Assembly (NCBI GenBank): GCA_963706575.1
Contig: CAVPNL010000015.1
Location: forward strand, 96,001-160,000
Source of the DNA: an uncultured delta proteobacterium
GTDB taxonomy: Bacteria; Desulfobacterota; Desulfobacteria; Desulfobacterales; JAHEIW01
Direction: 5' to 3'
DNA: 64,000 bases
The notes under the pieces: model-generated
Database searches by the model: none
What the model was told of the DNA's origin: nothing
Seen by the model: the letters and a program-made list of their open reading frames with translations, nothing else
Translations under genes and position numbers: made by a program
Part shown: positions 27,177-36,585 of the stretch, piece after piece
Position numbering within the stretch: the first letter of the stretch is position 1
Layout of the letters: each line of letters begins with the position of its first letter

Positions 27177-28457
27177 TTAAAACTTCCAGATCAGATTGAC
27201 GGCAAAAAAGTGAATTGCGTTGGTGTCGTAGTCACCCTTGAGGGGACCCTGGAGGGGCCCGCCTTCCTGGTCGATTTCGGCCTCTCCGGCGTCCAGGTAC
27301 TCATAAGCCACTCCCACGGTCACATCCTCGTTCCAGTCGTATTGAATTCCTGTGCCGATGCGGATCTGCCTGTCCAGGGGCAAATCGGGTGTGCGGGTGT
27401 CCTCATCGGTGGGAGAGGTATCGTAGGCGACGCCCACCGACCACAGCCAGCTATCGGCAAACCGGTACTGGGTGCCCAGGGCGAAGTGCCAGGTGTCGTC
27501 ATAATCCAGATCCTTTGTGAAAGTCGTAGCGGTTGTAGAGCGCAGCGTCAGGTCTTGCTTGCCAAATTCACTCCATTGCTGCCAGCCGATGTTGCCCATG
27601 ACGGCCCAGCGCGGGTTCAGCTGGTGGTAACCGCTCAGCATCACCGCCTGCGGAATGGTCATGTCGATGTCCACCTTGCTGCCGGCAACCCCGGATGCGT
27701 TGAGCAGACCCTGCAGAACTGGGCCGATGTTTTTCAGGGAGGCTGCATCCTTGAATTCCAGATCCACTTCGGAGCGATAGGTAAGGCCGAAACGCGTGCC
27801 GTCTCGCGGTGTCAGCATTAGACCCAAATTGAAGCCGTACCCCACATCGTCGCTGTCAAGCTTAAGCTCACCGTCCGCAAATCCCGGATCCGTCACCTGG
27901 TTGTTGACGGCCGCTTTCTGGTCGAGGGTGGCGTAGAGCACGCTGAATCCCGCCCCGACTGACAGCCAGTTGTTGACCCGGTAACCTGCGCCCGGGTTGA
28001 GGCCGAAGGTCAGCAACTCTGCTTTGGTGGTGTAGTAACGGCCGGCCCAGTCATCGCCGTAATCGACCCCCAGGCCGAAGTAAGAACCTGCGCTGATCCC
28101 GAGCCTGAAATCGTCGGTGACACGATGCACGTAGTGCAGCCCGCCGCTGGGGACAAATCCCCCGGCATTGCCGCCGTCACCGCCGCCGAACCCGGACAAA
28201 TCGGTGTCAAATTTGGCATTGACATAAAGTCCCTGCACAGCCGACAGCATCTGGGAACGGTCCAGGCGCGTCATGCCGGCCGGATTGGCGCCGGCTGTTG
28301 ACGCATCAACGGCCAGGGCTGCCCGCCCGGCACCGGCCGTGCCCAGATCCGGCGTTCCGCCTTCGTAGAGCCAAACGCCACCACCCCAGGCCGCAGAAAT
28401 AAGCAAAAAGACACTTAATAGTCCCAACATCGCGCAGTGATATAATCGTGTAATCAT
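27177..28457 (-). CDS. OmpP1/FadL family outer-membrane transporter
   Basis: Signal peptide, GTAGAG, NPAGMT, C-terminal beta-barrel signature ...NLIWKF. Confidence 0.88.
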   Translation of the reverse strand: MITRLYHCAMLGLLSVFLLISAAWGGGVWLYEGGTPDLGTAGAGRAALAVDASTAGANPAGMTRLDRSQMLSAVQGLYVNAKFDTDLSGFGGGDGGNAGGFVPSGGLHYVHRVTDDFRLGISAGSYFGLGVDYGDDWAGRYYTTKAELLTFGLNPGAGYRVNNWLSVGAGFSVLYATLDQKAAVNNQVTDPGFADGELKLDSDDVGYGFNLGLMLTPRDGTRFGLTYRSEVDLEFKDAASLKNIGPVLQGLLNASGVAGSKVDIDMTIPQAVMLSGYHQLNPRWAVMGNIGWQQWSEFGKQDLTLRSTTATTFTKDLDYDDTWHFALGTQYRFADSWLWSVGVAYDTSPTDEDTRTPDLPLDRQIRIGTGIQYDWNEDVTVGVAYEYLDAGEAEIDQEGGPLQGPLKGDYDTNAIHFFAVNLIWKF

Positions 28458-28529
28458 GTTGTTTCCTAAAAAATCATTCTTATGGATGGGCATCGAGTTG
28501 TAACTTTTTTTAATAGCAGAAAAGTCTAT

Positions 28530-30206
28530 TCAGGGCAAAACCTCTGTCAGCACGCTGCCCACCGACCCGGAAGGGGGTTTAATGCCGAGATAGGCCGCAA
28601 GTGTCGCGGCGATATCGGTCGGGGCCACCCGCCGCCCGATGATTTGAGCCGGTACGCCGTTGCCCGCAAAAAAGATCGGCACATAGGTGTCGTACGCCCA
28701 GGGGGAACCATGGATCGCCGCAATCGATCCGATGCCCATCTTCTCGGCCTCCTCGGTGGAGTGCAGGAACCAGTATTGTTCCGGCACCATGTGGATGTTG
28801 CCGGAGCGCGTCGGATGAAAGCTGCGGCGGATCTGGTTCTGGACCGGTGACTCGGTGATGCGACCGGCCAAAAGATCGCCGCGGGTCATGGCGTAGGCGA
28901 TGCCGGGGATCTTCATCAATTCGTCGGCGACAAAACGCTCCACATCGGCCAGATCCAGTCCGGCCGAAGAGATGGCCTCCAGGTTCAGGTAGAGATACGG
29001 GTGGCTGTGGCCGGAGATCAGATCATCCCGACCGAATTTTTTCTGCAGGGCTTCTGTCAGAGGCCCTTCGGTCTTGAACCAGTCAAACGCAAACCGACCG
29101 GTGGAAAGCCCCAGGGTGGCCATGTATTCCGGCGCCTCGGGCGCTCCGTGGTCGGCGCTGAGCACAATCAGGGTGTTGCCCAGGCCCACCTTCTCATCGA
29201 CGAACCGAAAGAGCTCCGCCAGGGTCCGGTCCAGGCGCAGGATATTGTCTTCGGTCTCCAGGCTGGACGGCCCGAACAGGTGCCCGATGTAGTCGGTGGA
29301 AGAAAAACTGATCTGGAGGTAGTCCGGCGCGCCGGTATCGTTTTGACCCAGCTTTTCGTTTTCGATCAGGGCCTTGGCGAAATCGAGCGTAAGCATGTCG
29401 CCAACCGGTGTCAGGGTAAGAAACAGGTAGAAATATTTGGTATCGCCGCCCAACGGGTGGGGAAAAGTGCGGCCCAGAGGCTTGAGGTCGGCTTCGTAAG
29501 GCCGGTCGTCCATCTGGCCGTGAACGTAGGTGGCGCGATCGTTCAGCAATTCCCAGGATTTTCCCTTGAACGCATCAGCCGGTTTGGCGGCGTTCCACTG
29601 TTTCACCCATGCCGGATAGTCATCGTAGTAATAGGTGCTGGTCACGAAATTGCCGCTGCTCTTGGAAAACCAGAACGCCTTGCCGGCGTGCCCGCCCGGC
29701 AGGATAGCGCCCCGGTCTTTAACCGAAACACTGAACACCCGCGAGCGGCCGCCGTTATGGACCACCAGCTCATCTCCAAAGGTGGAGGCCGCCAGGTTGC
29801 GCGGAGAAACCCCCTCGTGGGCTTTGGGCTCTCGCCCAATGATGTGGTGGCGGTCGTCCTCGGTGTTGTAGACGAACGCACCGGTTTTTTGATCAATCCA
29901 ATCGTTGGCGACGATGCCGTGCCGGGAGGGATCTGCGCCGGTCGCCAGGGTCGCGTGGCCCACGGCGGTTTCGGTATTGGCGTGCTGGTAGTGGGCATCG
30001 ATATACCAGGTGCCCTCTTCCATCAGATAACGGAATCCTCCGTCGGTGAGACGATCGGCATAACGAGCGGGCAGGTCGCCGCGCAGTTGATCCACGGTGA
30101 TCTGCAGCACCAGACGGGGAGTTGAAGAAGCTGCAAGCATTGGCGCTGCAGCTACCAATACCGCCAGCGCTGCAATCAGCAGCGCGCTGCTTTTTACAAT
30201 TTTCAT
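28530..30206 (-). CDS. Alkaline phosphatase superfamily protein (PafA/NPP-like)
   Basis: VDQLRGD, TETAVGHATLATG (Thr nucleophile), SVKDRGA, DYIGH, SADHG, HGSPWAYD. Confidence 0.9.
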   Translation of the reverse strand: MKIVKSSALLIAALAVLVAAAPMLAASSTPRLVLQITVDQLRGDLPARYADRLTDGGFRYLMEEGTWYIDAHYQHANTETAVGHATLATGADPSRHGIVANDWIDQKTGAFVYNTEDDRHHIIGREPKAHEGVSPRNLAASTFGDELVVHNGGRSRVFSVSVKDRGAILPGGHAGKAFWFSKSSGNFVTSTYYYDDYPAWVKQWNAAKPADAFKGKSWELLNDRATYVHGQMDDRPYEADLKPLGRTFPHPLGGDTKYFYLFLTLTPVGDMLTLDFAKALIENEKLGQNDTGAPDYLQISFSSTDYIGHLFGPSSLETEDNILRLDRTLAELFRFVDEKVGLGNTLIVLSADHGAPEAPEYMATLGLSTGRFAFDWFKTEGPLTEALQKKFGRDDLISGHSHPYLYLNLEAISSAGLDLADVERFVADELMKIPGIAYAMTRGDLLAGRITESPVQNQIRRSFHPTRSGNIHMVPEQYWFLHSTEEAEKMGIGSIAAIHGSPWAYDTYVPIFFAGNGVPAQIIGRRVAPTDIAATLAAYLGIKPPSGSVGSVLTEVLP

Positions 30207-30305
30207 GGTTACACCTCCCGGGCAGCCCGGCTCGGTGACGACGCCGGGCTTGCCGGTAAAGCAATGGATGATTTACCAAGATTTCCCGCAACGTTGACGC
30301 AAAGG

Positions 30306-31883
30306 TTATTGCGCCCCGGCCGGTTTTTGCATCATTTCCATGACCTGATCAAGACTGAAGCTGGCCGCCTTCATACGGGGCGGATAGTCCTTGAATGTCA
30401 TCAGAAAGTTTCCGACGTATGCCTGCGCTGGAACCAGCAGGAAGGCGCGATCAATCATCCAGTCAAAATAGGTGTTGGAAGTCATCTCAGCTCTTTCGTA
30501 TGGGTCACGCCGCAGGTTTTCAATCAAAGGCACGCGCAGCGGCACGAAAGGCTCCATCCATACTCGGAAGGTCCCGACAGTCTTCTGCTCCATGAAGATG
30601 AGTTTCCAGTCTTCATAGCGCAATGCCGTCAGGTCGCCGTCATCAGAGAAATAGAAAATTTCCTTGCGCGGACTGGATACATTGTCCGGGTTCTTCAGAT
30701 GCTCAGTGATGTCATAGCCATCCAGGTGCACCTTGTAGTCGCGCCCGAGCGCTTTTGAATGATAGCCATCGAGCAAATCCTGCTTGATGTCCTTCTTGCC
30801 GGCAGCGGCAACAAAGGTTGGCAGCCAGTCCATGTGATGAACAACACCGTTACTGACTGAGCCGGGCTTGACGACGCCTGGCCAGCGAACAGCAGCCGGT
30901 ACGCGCCAGCCGCCTTCCCAGTTGGTGTTTTTCTCGCCGCGAAAAGGTGTTGCGGCTGCGTCTGGCCAGGTGTTGTAGTGAGGACCGTTGTCGGTCGAAT
31001 AATGAACAATCGTGTTATCGGCAATACCCAGGTCATCGAGCAATTTCAGGAATTTTCCGATATGCATGTCATGCTCGACCATGCCGTCCGCATACTCGTC
31101 CTGACCGCTGATGCCGCGCAGTTCCTTTTTGACATGGGTGCGGAAGTGCATGCGGGTGCCACTCCACCAGACAAACCATGGCGTGCCTGTCTCGTGCTGA
31201 CGCCGGATAAAATCAATGGCGGCATCCGAGGTTACATCATCGACGGTTTCCATGCGCTTTTTCGTCAGCGGACCGGTATCTTCGATTTTCTGTTTACCGC
31301 CGTCCTGGGCCCACGAATGGATAACGCCGCGCGGACCGAATTTCTTCTTGAGCTCGGGATTCTTGAAATAGTCCTCATTTTCCGGCTCTTCTTCTGCGTT
31401 CAGGTGATAAAGGTTGCCAAAAAACTCATCGAAACCGTGATTGGTCGGCAAGTGTTCATCGCGATCACCCAGGTGATTTTTACCAAACTGGCCGGTTGCA
31501 TAGCCTTGATCCTTCAGAAGGACCGCGATCGTGGGGTCAAGGGTATTGATACCCTCTTTCGCCCCGGGCAGACCGACTTTTGACAGGCCGCTGCGGAAGA
31601 CGCTCTGGCCGAGGATAAAGCTGGAACGCCCCGCCGTGCATGATTGCTCGCCGTAGTAATCGGTGAAAAGGATGCCTTCCTTGGCTATGCGATCGATATT
31701 GGGGGTTTTGTAACCAACCAGGCCCCGGGTGTAGGCGCTGATGTTGGACTGACCGATGTCATCACCCCAGATGACGAGGATGTTGGGTTTGTCCGCGGCC
31801 ATCGCCGCACTGCTGAAAGAGGCAATCAAAAGCAGGCAGATTGCGATAGATGCGAAAAAGTAACACCTTTTTCTCCATTTCAT
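30306..31883 (-). CDS. Arylsulfatase (Cys-type, formylglycine-dependent)
   Basis: KPNILVIWGDDIG, SCTAGR, GKNHLG, STDNG, GEKNTNWEGG. Confidence 0.92.
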   Translation of the reverse strand: MKWRKRCYFFASIAICLLLIASFSSAAMAADKPNILVIWGDDIGQSNISAYTRGLVGYKTPNIDRIAKEGILFTDYYGEQSCTAGRSSFILGQSVFRSGLSKVGLPGAKEGINTLDPTIAVLLKDQGYATGQFGKNHLGDRDEHLPTNHGFDEFFGNLYHLNAEEEPENEDYFKNPELKKKFGPRGVIHSWAQDGGKQKIEDTGPLTKKRMETVDDVTSDAAIDFIRRQHETGTPWFVWWSGTRMHFRTHVKKELRGISGQDEYADGMVEHDMHIGKFLKLLDDLGIADNTIVHYSTDNGPHYNTWPDAAATPFRGEKNTNWEGGWRVPAAVRWPGVVKPGSVSNGVVHHMDWLPTFVAAAGKKDIKQDLLDGYHSKALGRDYKVHLDGYDITEHLKNPDNVSSPRKEIFYFSDDGDLTALRYEDWKLIFMEQKTVGTFRVWMEPFVPLRVPLIENLRRDPYERAEMTSNTYFDWMIDRAFLLVPAQAYVGNFLMTFKDYPPRMKAASFSLDQVMEMMQKPAGAQ

Positions 31884-32027
31884 GGTTCACTCTCCTTTCG
31901 CCTGATGTTGAGTTCAATCGTGTTGACCCGGCTTTGACGGCTGCCCGGAGGAGCACCCGCACAACCGATCCGTCTCGCTTGGATTCCAGACCGAAAGCAC
32001 GTGGCAAACAGCTTCCCTTGTGTTGCA

Positions 32028-34127
32028 TCAACCGCCCGCAGTGTCCGCCGGCTGCTCCTGCTGAAATGGCTTCTCAGGCGGTGTGAGGTCCTTGGCGCCT
32101 GTCCCGGGCATCATCTCAAAGCCCAGGTCAAAGTGGATCAGCAGGGTCTTGAGGTCCTTGTAGACCTGCCGGTCGCCCTCGAGTTTGGCCTTGCCGGCGG
32201 AGATCTGCTCATCTAAGCTGACCGCACCCATCATCGTCTTTTCCAGATCCTTGCGGTCGATGGTCACGGTCAGATCGGCGTCGTCCGCCTGAAACCCCTC
32301 GATGTTGGTCAGGGTGCCGTTGCTCAGCTCCACCACGAAATTTTCTTTGTTGTCCGGTGTAACCAGGTTAATCTTAAACTGCTTGCCTTCGGCCTTTTTG
32401 CTGTCCAGGCGGATGCCCAAAAAGTCCAGCCAGAGCTCGGTGGTCATCGCCCGGATCATGTCCGGGCCGGACGATTTCGGCGACGCGCCGGTCGGAATTC
32501 CAGACCTGAGTTCTAAAGCGGCTGCAAGAAAACTGTTCCTTACGCTGGGGCTCTCCTGCTGGTAACCGATCTGCTCGAATACATCGGCCAAGAGGTCTTT
32601 GGCTTCCTGATTTTTTGGCTCTGCATATACTAATTTGTTTAAGATCTCCTGGGCATGGCGGTATTTCCCCTGACTGTAGAGTTTCCGGCCTTTGGCGATG
32701 ATCTTGCTCGCACCTCCCATCATTTCCACGTAAAGCGGGGCCGAGTCTTCCGGCGACAGCGGGATCAGGGTGGTGGGGTTGCCGTCCCAGTATCCCAGAT
32801 AGCGGTTGATCACCGCGCGACTGTTATGTTCCACCGAGCCGTGGTAGCTGCGCGCCGTCCACTGCTGCTGAAGGCTCTTTGGCACCTCGTACACATTATG
32901 CACCTGGTTGATCGTCACACCCTGGTTTGCCAGGTGCAGCACACCGTTGTTGAGGTGCGCATAAGTGTCCCGCTGGGCTCGCATAACCTCCTGGATGCGG
33001 TCGTTGCCCCAGCGCGGCCAACTGTGAGAGGCAAACATGACCTCGGCCTGCTGACCGTATTTGTAAAGCGCCACGTTAATCTGCTTGGACCATTCCAGGG
33101 CATCGCGCACCAGCGCGCCCCGAAGGGTGTAAATGTTGTGGATCGTGGCCACGATGTTCTCGGCCGCCCAGAAGGCCTTGAAATCGGGAAACCAGGTGTT
33201 CATCTCCGCCGGCGCCTCAGTTCCCGGCGTGTTCTGGAACTCCATGCGGACGCCATCGACAGTCAGCGACTCGAAATCCTTTGCGATGATGACGTTCGGC
33301 GGGATGAGGCCCAGGTTGCCGGCGGCCGTGTTTTTACCTATCGACTGGTCGACATGTCCAAAGGGGCTGCGCGGCAGCAATACGCCGTACTGGAAAAACA
33401 ATCGGCGGCTCATCGCATTGCCGGCATAGACGTTTTCCGATACCGCATGGTCCATAAAGCCGACCGGAGCGATGATCTTGACCTTACCACTTCTAACGTC
33501 GGCTTCATCCACCACCCCTCGCACACCGCCGAAGTGATCGGCATGGGAGTGGGAGTAGACCACCGCCACCACCGGGCGGTCACCGAGTTTCTCGTTGATG
33601 AATTCGAGCGCCGCTTTGGCGGTCTCTTTCGCGGTCAGCGGATCGAAGACGATCCAGCCGGTCTTGCCTTTGATAAAGCTGATGTTGGCCAGATCGAATC
33701 CACGCACCTGATAGATCCCGGGGATCACCTCATACAGTCCGTAGTTCATGTTCAGGATGGCCTGCCGCTGCAGCGATGGATGGATACTGTCAAAATCCTT
33801 GCCCTGCAGAAGCCACTCGTAACTGCCCATATCCCAGGCGACATGACCTGCTTCGGCCTTGATCTGTTTGTAATCAGGGGCTGCAATAAATCCCTTTTTT
33901 TGTTCCTCGAAATCCCTTTTATCGTCGAAAGGCAGGGATTGCCGCCACCTGTTCTGCAATTCTACGGTAAATTTGGACGGCATCTTTCCCTTCGGGTGGA
34001 AATGCTTACCTTCCATTGCGCCAGGGTCGGTCACTGCACCTCCACCACCTGCAGCAAAAGCCATATCTCCGAACACGCTAAAAATAGCAATAATCACCGT
34101 CAAAGCGAGTATTTTCGTAATAGTCAT
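32028..34127 (-). CDS. Alkyl sulfatase (SdsA1/YjcS-like; MBL, dimerisation and SCP2 domains)
   Basis: SLQRQA, YQVRGFD, SHSHADHFGG, TPGTEAPAEM, HNIYTLRG, YLGYWDGNP. Confidence 0.93.
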   Translation of the reverse strand: MTITKILALTVIIAIFSVFGDMAFAAGGGGAVTDPGAMEGKHFHPKGKMPSKFTVELQNRWRQSLPFDDKRDFEEQKKGFIAAPDYKQIKAEAGHVAWDMGSYEWLLQGKDFDSIHPSLQRQAILNMNYGLYEVIPGIYQVRGFDLANISFIKGKTGWIVFDPLTAKETAKAALEFINEKLGDRPVVAVVYSHSHADHFGGVRGVVDEADVRSGKVKIIAPVGFMDHAVSENVYAGNAMSRRLFFQYGVLLPRSPFGHVDQSIGKNTAAGNLGLIPPNVIIAKDFESLTVDGVRMEFQNTPGTEAPAEMNTWFPDFKAFWAAENIVATIHNIYTLRGALVRDALEWSKQINVALYKYGQQAEVMFASHSWPRWGNDRIQEVMRAQRDTYAHLNNGVLHLANQGVTINQVHNVYEVPKSLQQQWTARSYHGSVEHNSRAVINRYLGYWDGNPTTLIPLSPEDSAPLYVEMMGGASKIIAKGRKLYSQGKYRHAQEILNKLVYAEPKNQEAKDLLADVFEQIGYQQESPSVRNSFLAAALELRSGIPTGASPKSSGPDMIRAMTTELWLDFLGIRLDSKKAEGKQFKINLVTPDNKENFVVELSNGTLTNIEGFQADDADLTVTIDRKDLEKTMMGAVSLDEQISAGKAKLEGDRQVYKDLKTLLIHFDLGFEMMPGTGAKDLTPPEKPFQQEQPADTAGG

Positions 34128-34560
34128 TTTTCCTCCTCATAATATTTGCGAATCAAACCAGTTAACAATATGTGCACTAAATTGAAAATATCGTTAAACA
34201 TAGGAATTTTTTTTTACTTTTCAACGCTTAAAAGAAATTAATTATAGAATAGGAAAGGTGGATTCTCTTGCTGAAGTACTTGCTTTAGTCATTGAGTCCC
34301 CTGATTGTATGATGCATGCGCAAATCTCGAATATTTTGCAAGAACGGGATTTTTATATTTACGTGCCTGATGGAGGAATTTGGAAGGACGCGATATTTGC
34401 TGTATTTCCTGAGGTAATATAGCGGTTTGGGATTTTATGGATAGGATTAAAAAAGCTGAAATTTAATTAATTCTAGACGCTGGATATCATGACAGAAAAC
34501 CAAATGTCAGCAGATATTGATGAATAGAGAGTGTCTTTAAAAAACCATACTCTGATTACC

Positions 34561-34582
34561 TGTGATATAAAAAAATATCACA
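34561..34582. promoter_or_regulatory. Perfect palindrome TGTGATAT-N6-ATATCACA upstream of the sulfatase operon
   Basis: Seen directly, in an AT-rich intergenic region. Confidence 0.4.
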
Positions 34583-34745
34583 AATTTTCCGGACTGCAGA
34601 TATGAAGAGGGTATCAGATTCATGGCCGCTATCTACTGGTCACTGGCTTGCTGGCAAGCCTGCGACGAGCTCAGCCGAGTCGAAGTGAGAAGCAAGAAAC
34701 CAGAGGCCTAATCCCTGCTTTGTAAATTACCTGCAGAATGCAACA

Positions 34746-35063
34746 CTAAATATAACCGGGAAACCGTCTGCGAACCACAGCGCTGTAGACCCAATCTATC
34801 AGCGTTACGAAATCATAGATCGGCAGTCTGACTGCTTCCTGGACAGCCCGGGCGTGGGTGGGAAAAAGCGTGCATTCTAAAAGCATGGCTCCCACCTCCG
34901 GGTGTTCTTCCACCAAATCGCGTGCCAGCTGCATCAGCCCCTTTTCGAGCTGATAAACATTGTAATGTCCCTCACCGGCCAGAATTTTCTGCATCTCCGG
35001 CAAAACCTCTGCACCGCTGATAATCACCTGGGATGGATCATCGATCCCGCAATTTTTAAGCAC
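34746..35063 (-). pseudogene. C-terminal fragment of an aspartate/glutamate racemase-family protein
   Basis: HPEVGAMLLECTLFP, VRLPIYDF; no N-terminal half, with an in-frame TGA 7 codons upstream. Confidence 0.75.
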
Positions 35064-35111
35064 CGGTGCGCCGCGTGACGCTCAATCTTTTATAAAAATG
35101 ACAGAATGCCA

Positions 35112-35158
35112 TAACTTTAGGCATTTTAGCTCACTTTAGTCACTTTAGGCACTTTTAG
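35112..35158. repeat. Degenerate tandem ~9-mer (cactttagg)
   Basis: aactttaggcattttagctcactttagtcactttaggcacttttag; related to 57959-58090. Confidence 0.6.
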
Positions 35159-35159
35159 T

Positions 35160-36344
35160 TTAATCCAGCGGTAATCGCCGAAAGCATCCGGGATTTTCCG
35201 GGTTATAATAATGATCCATCGGGCCGTTTTCCTCATAATCCTGATGCCAGTGATTAAAGGCATCCCGATCCAGCTCGACACCGAGACCGGGGCCTTCCGG
35301 CACGGCCACCACATTGTTTTTGGGTTTAAAGGGACCGTCCTGGATGACATCGCCGATTTGCCAGCGCTTTAAGGATTGACTGGGTTCGTGTATCCATTGC
35401 ATGGCGGCGGTGACATGCAGATAGGCCGCCGTACAGATCCCCGCATCCCCGCTGTAGCACCAGAAGCCGACGCCCATTGCCTCACAGGCGCCGATAAATC
35501 GAATGGCCCGGTTGATGCCGCCCAGTACGGCGAAATTGGTCACAAATGTATCCGGTACCCCCAGCGCCACCGCCCGTCTAATGTCGGGTATGTGGGAGGA
35601 AAACGGAATGCTCGAATGCCGGCGCAGCGCTGCCATTTCCTCAAAGGTGGCCACCGGGTCTTCATAGTTGCGGATGTTATAGGGTTCGATTTCGCGCAAG
35701 ATCTGGCGGGCAGTCGACAGTGACCACGCCATGTTGGAGTCGAGCCGGAGCATCACTTCCGGGCCGAGTTTTTCACGCAGGCATTTTACCGTGGCAACTT
35801 CAAGGTGGGGATCGCCCAGAGTCAACTTGCCTTCAAACATGGTGGATCCATGTTCTTCCTTCATCTTGACACAATAGTCTGCAACTGCTTCCGGTGACAC
35901 CTCTCCGCCACGTCCATCCTTTTCCACCCGGTAAGCAAAGTATTCGGTAAATGGAATTTCCTTGCGTACGGCGCCGCCCAGCAATTCATACAAGGGCTGG
36001 TTCCATGCTTTGCCCCGGATATCCCACAGTGCAATCTCGATGCCGCCGAACGACTTGACGATGGAAGCGTCATCGGTGTTCTGGACCACACACCACTCCG
36101 GTAAGCAGCGCATCTCGCAGCCGGCGATATCGATGGGATCGCGGCCGATCAGCAGGGGTCCCATCTGGTTGTTGATCACCTCGGCGCAGTCTCCCGATGG
36201 GGACTCCCCGAGGCCGACAATCCCCTCATCGGTTTCGACCTCAATGATCGTCTTGGTCGTGCCCGGATAGGTCCCGACCGACCAGTAAATAGGAACCTCA
36301 AGGGGGATGTTGACGGGTGTCGCCCGCACTTGGGTAATTTTCAT
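35160..36344 (-). CDS. Mandelate racemase/muconate lactonizing (enolase) superfamily protein
   Basis: IEVETDEGIVGLGE, GIEIALWDIRGK, LRLDSNMAW, YEDP, PEGPGLGVELD. Confidence 0.9.
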   Translation of the reverse strand: MKITQVRATPVNIPLEVPIYWSVGTYPGTTKTIIEVETDEGIVGLGESPSGDCAEVINNQMGPLLIGRDPIDIAGCEMRCLPEWCVVQNTDDASIVKSFGGIEIALWDIRGKAWNQPLYELLGGAVRKEIPFTEYFAYRVEKDGRGGEVSPEAVADYCVKMKEEHGSTMFEGKLTLGDPHLEVATVKCLREKLGPEVMLRLDSNMAWSLSTARQILREIEPYNIRNYEDPVATFEEMAALRRHSSIPFSSHIPDIRRAVALGVPDTFVTNFAVLGGINRAIRFIGACEAMGVGFWCYSGDAGICTAAYLHVTAAMQWIHEPSQSLKRWQIGDVIQDGPFKPKNNVVAVPEGPGLGVELDRDAFNHWHQDYEENGPMDHYYNPENPGCFRRLPLD

Positions 36345-36436
36345 TTGGGGTCCTCCTTTCTTGGGATCCAAATTTATATCTGAATCTTGCGTACAAAATT
36401 CAGATTATAGCTAATTGAGGGGGCCGGGAGTTTTAC

Positions 36437-36537
36437 CGTCATGCCCGCACCAAGCGGGCATCCAGGCCTTGTCCCTGCACAAGCGGGGATCCAAAATAGA
36501 ACAACCTTTCTGGATTCCCGCCTTCGCGGGAATGACA
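36437..36537. repeat. Palindromic gtcattcccgc-type repeat
   Basis: cgtcatgcccgc...gcgggcatccag...ctggattcccgccttcgcgggaatgac; same family as the 2322 and 7284 cores. Confidence 0.65.
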
Positions 36538-36585
36538 AGTTTGCAATGAAAAAATTCTCCGACACCTGCTCTAATTATGATGTCG

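Noticed and set aside
32655..34142. 495-aa + strand ORF (also 29001-30125)
   Set aside because: Antisense shadows of GC-rich sulfatase and phosphatase genes
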